DNA of 61,757 bases, counting the filler, from a bacterium (GTDB lineage: Bacteria; J088; JAWLBW01), in NCBI GenBank assembly GCA_041690355.1. It is 3 parts of 3 records of this genome, joined end to end, with 100 filler letters (N's around TTAATTAATTAA, not from the genome) between each part and the next. Parts side by side here need not be neighbours in the genome. Positions count along the whole stretch, not along the records: positions 55,989 to 61,757 come from JAWLHK010000040.1; 2 more parts are not named here. One strand, written 5' to 3'. A model generated the notes under the pieces. That model did not search any database. It was given only the letters and a program-made list of their open reading frames with translations, and had not been told where the DNA came from. Both the position numbers and the translations under genes were made by a program. The stretch's first letter is position 1. Each line of letters begins with the position of its first letter. Of the stretch, positions 60,268 through 61,757 are shown piece by piece.

Positions 60268-61380
60268 GTGCCGTATCTGGATTACAACGCGACCGCGCCG
60301 CTGCGGCCCGAGGCCCTCGAGGCCATGCTGCCCTACCTGCGCGACCACTTCGGCAATCCGTCGAGCATTCACGCCGTGGGGCGCAAGGCCCGCGTGGCCG
60401 TCGACGAGGCGCGCGAGCAGGTGGCCGACCTGCTGGGGGTGAGCCCTCGCGAACTGGTCTTCACGGCCGGGGCCACCGAAGCGAACAATCTGGCCCTGCA
60501 GGGGTTCGCGCGCCGGCACCCGGGCGCGCACGTGGCGTCGTCGGCCCTCGAGCACCCGAGCGTGATGGAGACCCTGCGCGCGCTCGAAGAGCAGGGGCGC
60601 ATCCGGTGGAGCCGCCTGCCGTTCGGCGAAGACGGCGCGTGGAGTGGAGAGCTTGCCGCCGACATCGGGCTGTTGACCCTCATGCTCGCGAACAACGAGA
60701 CGGGCGTGCTGCTCCCGGTGGCCGAGCTGGCCCCCGCCGTCCACCGGACGGGGGGCGTCGTGCACGTCGACGTCACCCAGGCGGCCGGGCGCATCGCCGT
60801 CGATCTCGAAGCCCTGGGCGCCGACATGGCGGCGCTTTCGGCGCACAAACTGGGGGGACCCAAAGGGATCGGCGCCTTCTTCGTCAAGCGGGGCACCGAG
60901 CTCGAGCAGGCCCTGCACGGCGGCAAGCAGGAACGTTCGCGGCGCCCAGGCACCGAGAACGTCGCGGCCATCGTCGGCTTCGGCGCCGCGGCGGCGGCGG
61001 CGCAGGCCGAACTCGCCGCATTCGGCGAGCGGATGCGCACCCTTCGGGACCGCCTCTGGAGCGGCCTGCAGGCGCTGCCGCAGCCGCCGCTGCTCAACAC
61101 GCCGCTTGATCGTTCGGTCCCCAACACGCTCAACGTCTCGTTCGCGGGGTTGGACGGCAACTACCTGCTGCAGCGGATGGACATGCTGGGGCTCTCGATC
61201 TCCTCCGGTTCTGCCTGCGCCTCGGGCACCCCCGAGCCGTCGCCCGTACTGACGGCGCTCGGCTACCCGCCCGAGCGGGTCAAGGGCGCCCTGCGTTTTT
61301 CGCTCGGCTGGGCCACCACCGAGCCGGACGTCGACGAGGCCCTGGCCGTCGTGCGCCGCGTGGTCGGCGGCGCGCGCTAG
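60268..61380 (+). CDS. Cysteine desulfurase (IscS/NifS family)
   Basis: YLDYNATAP, GNPSS.H, ANNETG, SAHKLGGPKG (PLP Lys), SSGSAC. Confidence 0.93.
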   Translation: MPYLDYNATAPLRPEALEAMLPYLRDHFGNPSSIHAVGRKARVAVDEAREQVADLLGVSPRELVFTAGATEANNLALQGFARRHPGAHVASSALEHPSVMETLRALEEQGRIRWSRLPFGEDGAWSGELAADIGLLTLMLANNETGVLLPVAELAPAVHRTGGVVHVDVTQAAGRIAVDLEALGADMAALSAHKLGGPKGIGAFFVKRGTELEQALHGGKQERSRRPGTENVAAIVGFGAAAAAAQAELAAFGERMRTLRDRLWSGLQALPQPPLLNTPLDRSVPNTLNVSFAGLDGNYLLQRMDMLGLSISSGSACASGTPEPSPVLTALGYPPERVKGALRFSLGWATTEPDVDEALAVVRRVVGGAR

Positions 61381-61496
61381 CTGGGTTGCGGCCAAATTGC
61401 TGCCCCCGAATTCCCCTCACGAACGCCGGATTGTCAAGCGCCGCCCCCTGGCGGTATGATGTAGCCCGCGCTTACGACCGAATACGGAGGATCCCC

Positions 61497-61757
61497 ATGC
61501 GCTCTGCTCTCTGGATGGCTGGACTGGCCGCACTGACCCTGATGGCCTGCGACGGCACGCCCGAAGTCGTGAAGATCGATCCCTGTCAGGGAATCGAGAA
61601 TTGCACCCGCATTGCGCCGGGGGGCGACGTTCAGCGCACGGTGCAGACCGCGCTGCTCACGGCCAAGCCCGGCGACACCATCGGCTTCGAAGAGGGAACC
61701 TTCGCGTTCACGGGCACGCTCTCGCTCGACGATCTGGCCGATTGCGATCTCGTCATC
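61497..61757 (+). CDS. Lipoprotein N-terminus of parallel beta-helix protein, 3'-partial
   Basis: Own translation: MRSALWMAGLAALTLMAC...VQTALLTAKPGDTIGFEEGTFAFTGTLSLD. GGAGG RBS. Shares 15 bp in frame with 28376-28390 (minus strand). Confidence 0.8.
   Translation, partial: MRSALWMAGLAALTLMACDGTPEVVKIDPCQGIENCTRIAPGGDVQRTVQTALLTAKPGDTIGFEEGTFAFTGTLSLDDLADCDLVI

Overview
GC-rich bacterial DNA, probably Deltaproteobacteria/Myxococcota-like (inferred from gene order, lipoprotein families and tRNA-Arg(UCG)). It consists of three contigs joined by artificial 100-bp N/TTAATTAATTAA/N linkers (28454-28553, 55889-55988). Contig 1: a low-GC orphan secreted protein; FKBP, an alpha/beta hydrolase and purD; a minus-strand cluster (two periplasmic LPP20/FlgT-like proteins, a CHASE2 adenylate cyclase, a stand-alone MshEN-like protein, two ceramidase-like lipoproteins) headed by a perfect CRP box at -41.5; rimK plus a deacylase; methyltransferases, ogt, ZIP, site-2 protease, rel/spoT, rpoZ; and a beta-helix/diheme cytochrome pair. 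Contig 2: amidase-rph-rdgB and five tRNAs, then an accessory region (2,878-aa Ig/RCC1 surface lipoprotein, HigBA-like TA, IS, AbiE TA, orphan OmpR regulator, a subtilase homologue lacking all catalytic residues), then pncAB, thiolase, an acyl-CoA dehydrogenase-like gene, a deoxynucleoside kinase and a 49-bp tandem repeat. Contig 3: a GIY-YIG fragment, DEAD helicase, RRM protein, Rieske protein, NtrC-type regulator, cysteine desulfurase, and what looks like the missing 5' end of the contig-1 beta-helix gene. The best novelty candidates are the putative CRP-fed cAMP envelope-signalling operon, the triple-dead subtilase, the giant lipoprotein and the mosaic intergenic heptamer repeats. All calls come from reading motifs by eye; no searches were run.
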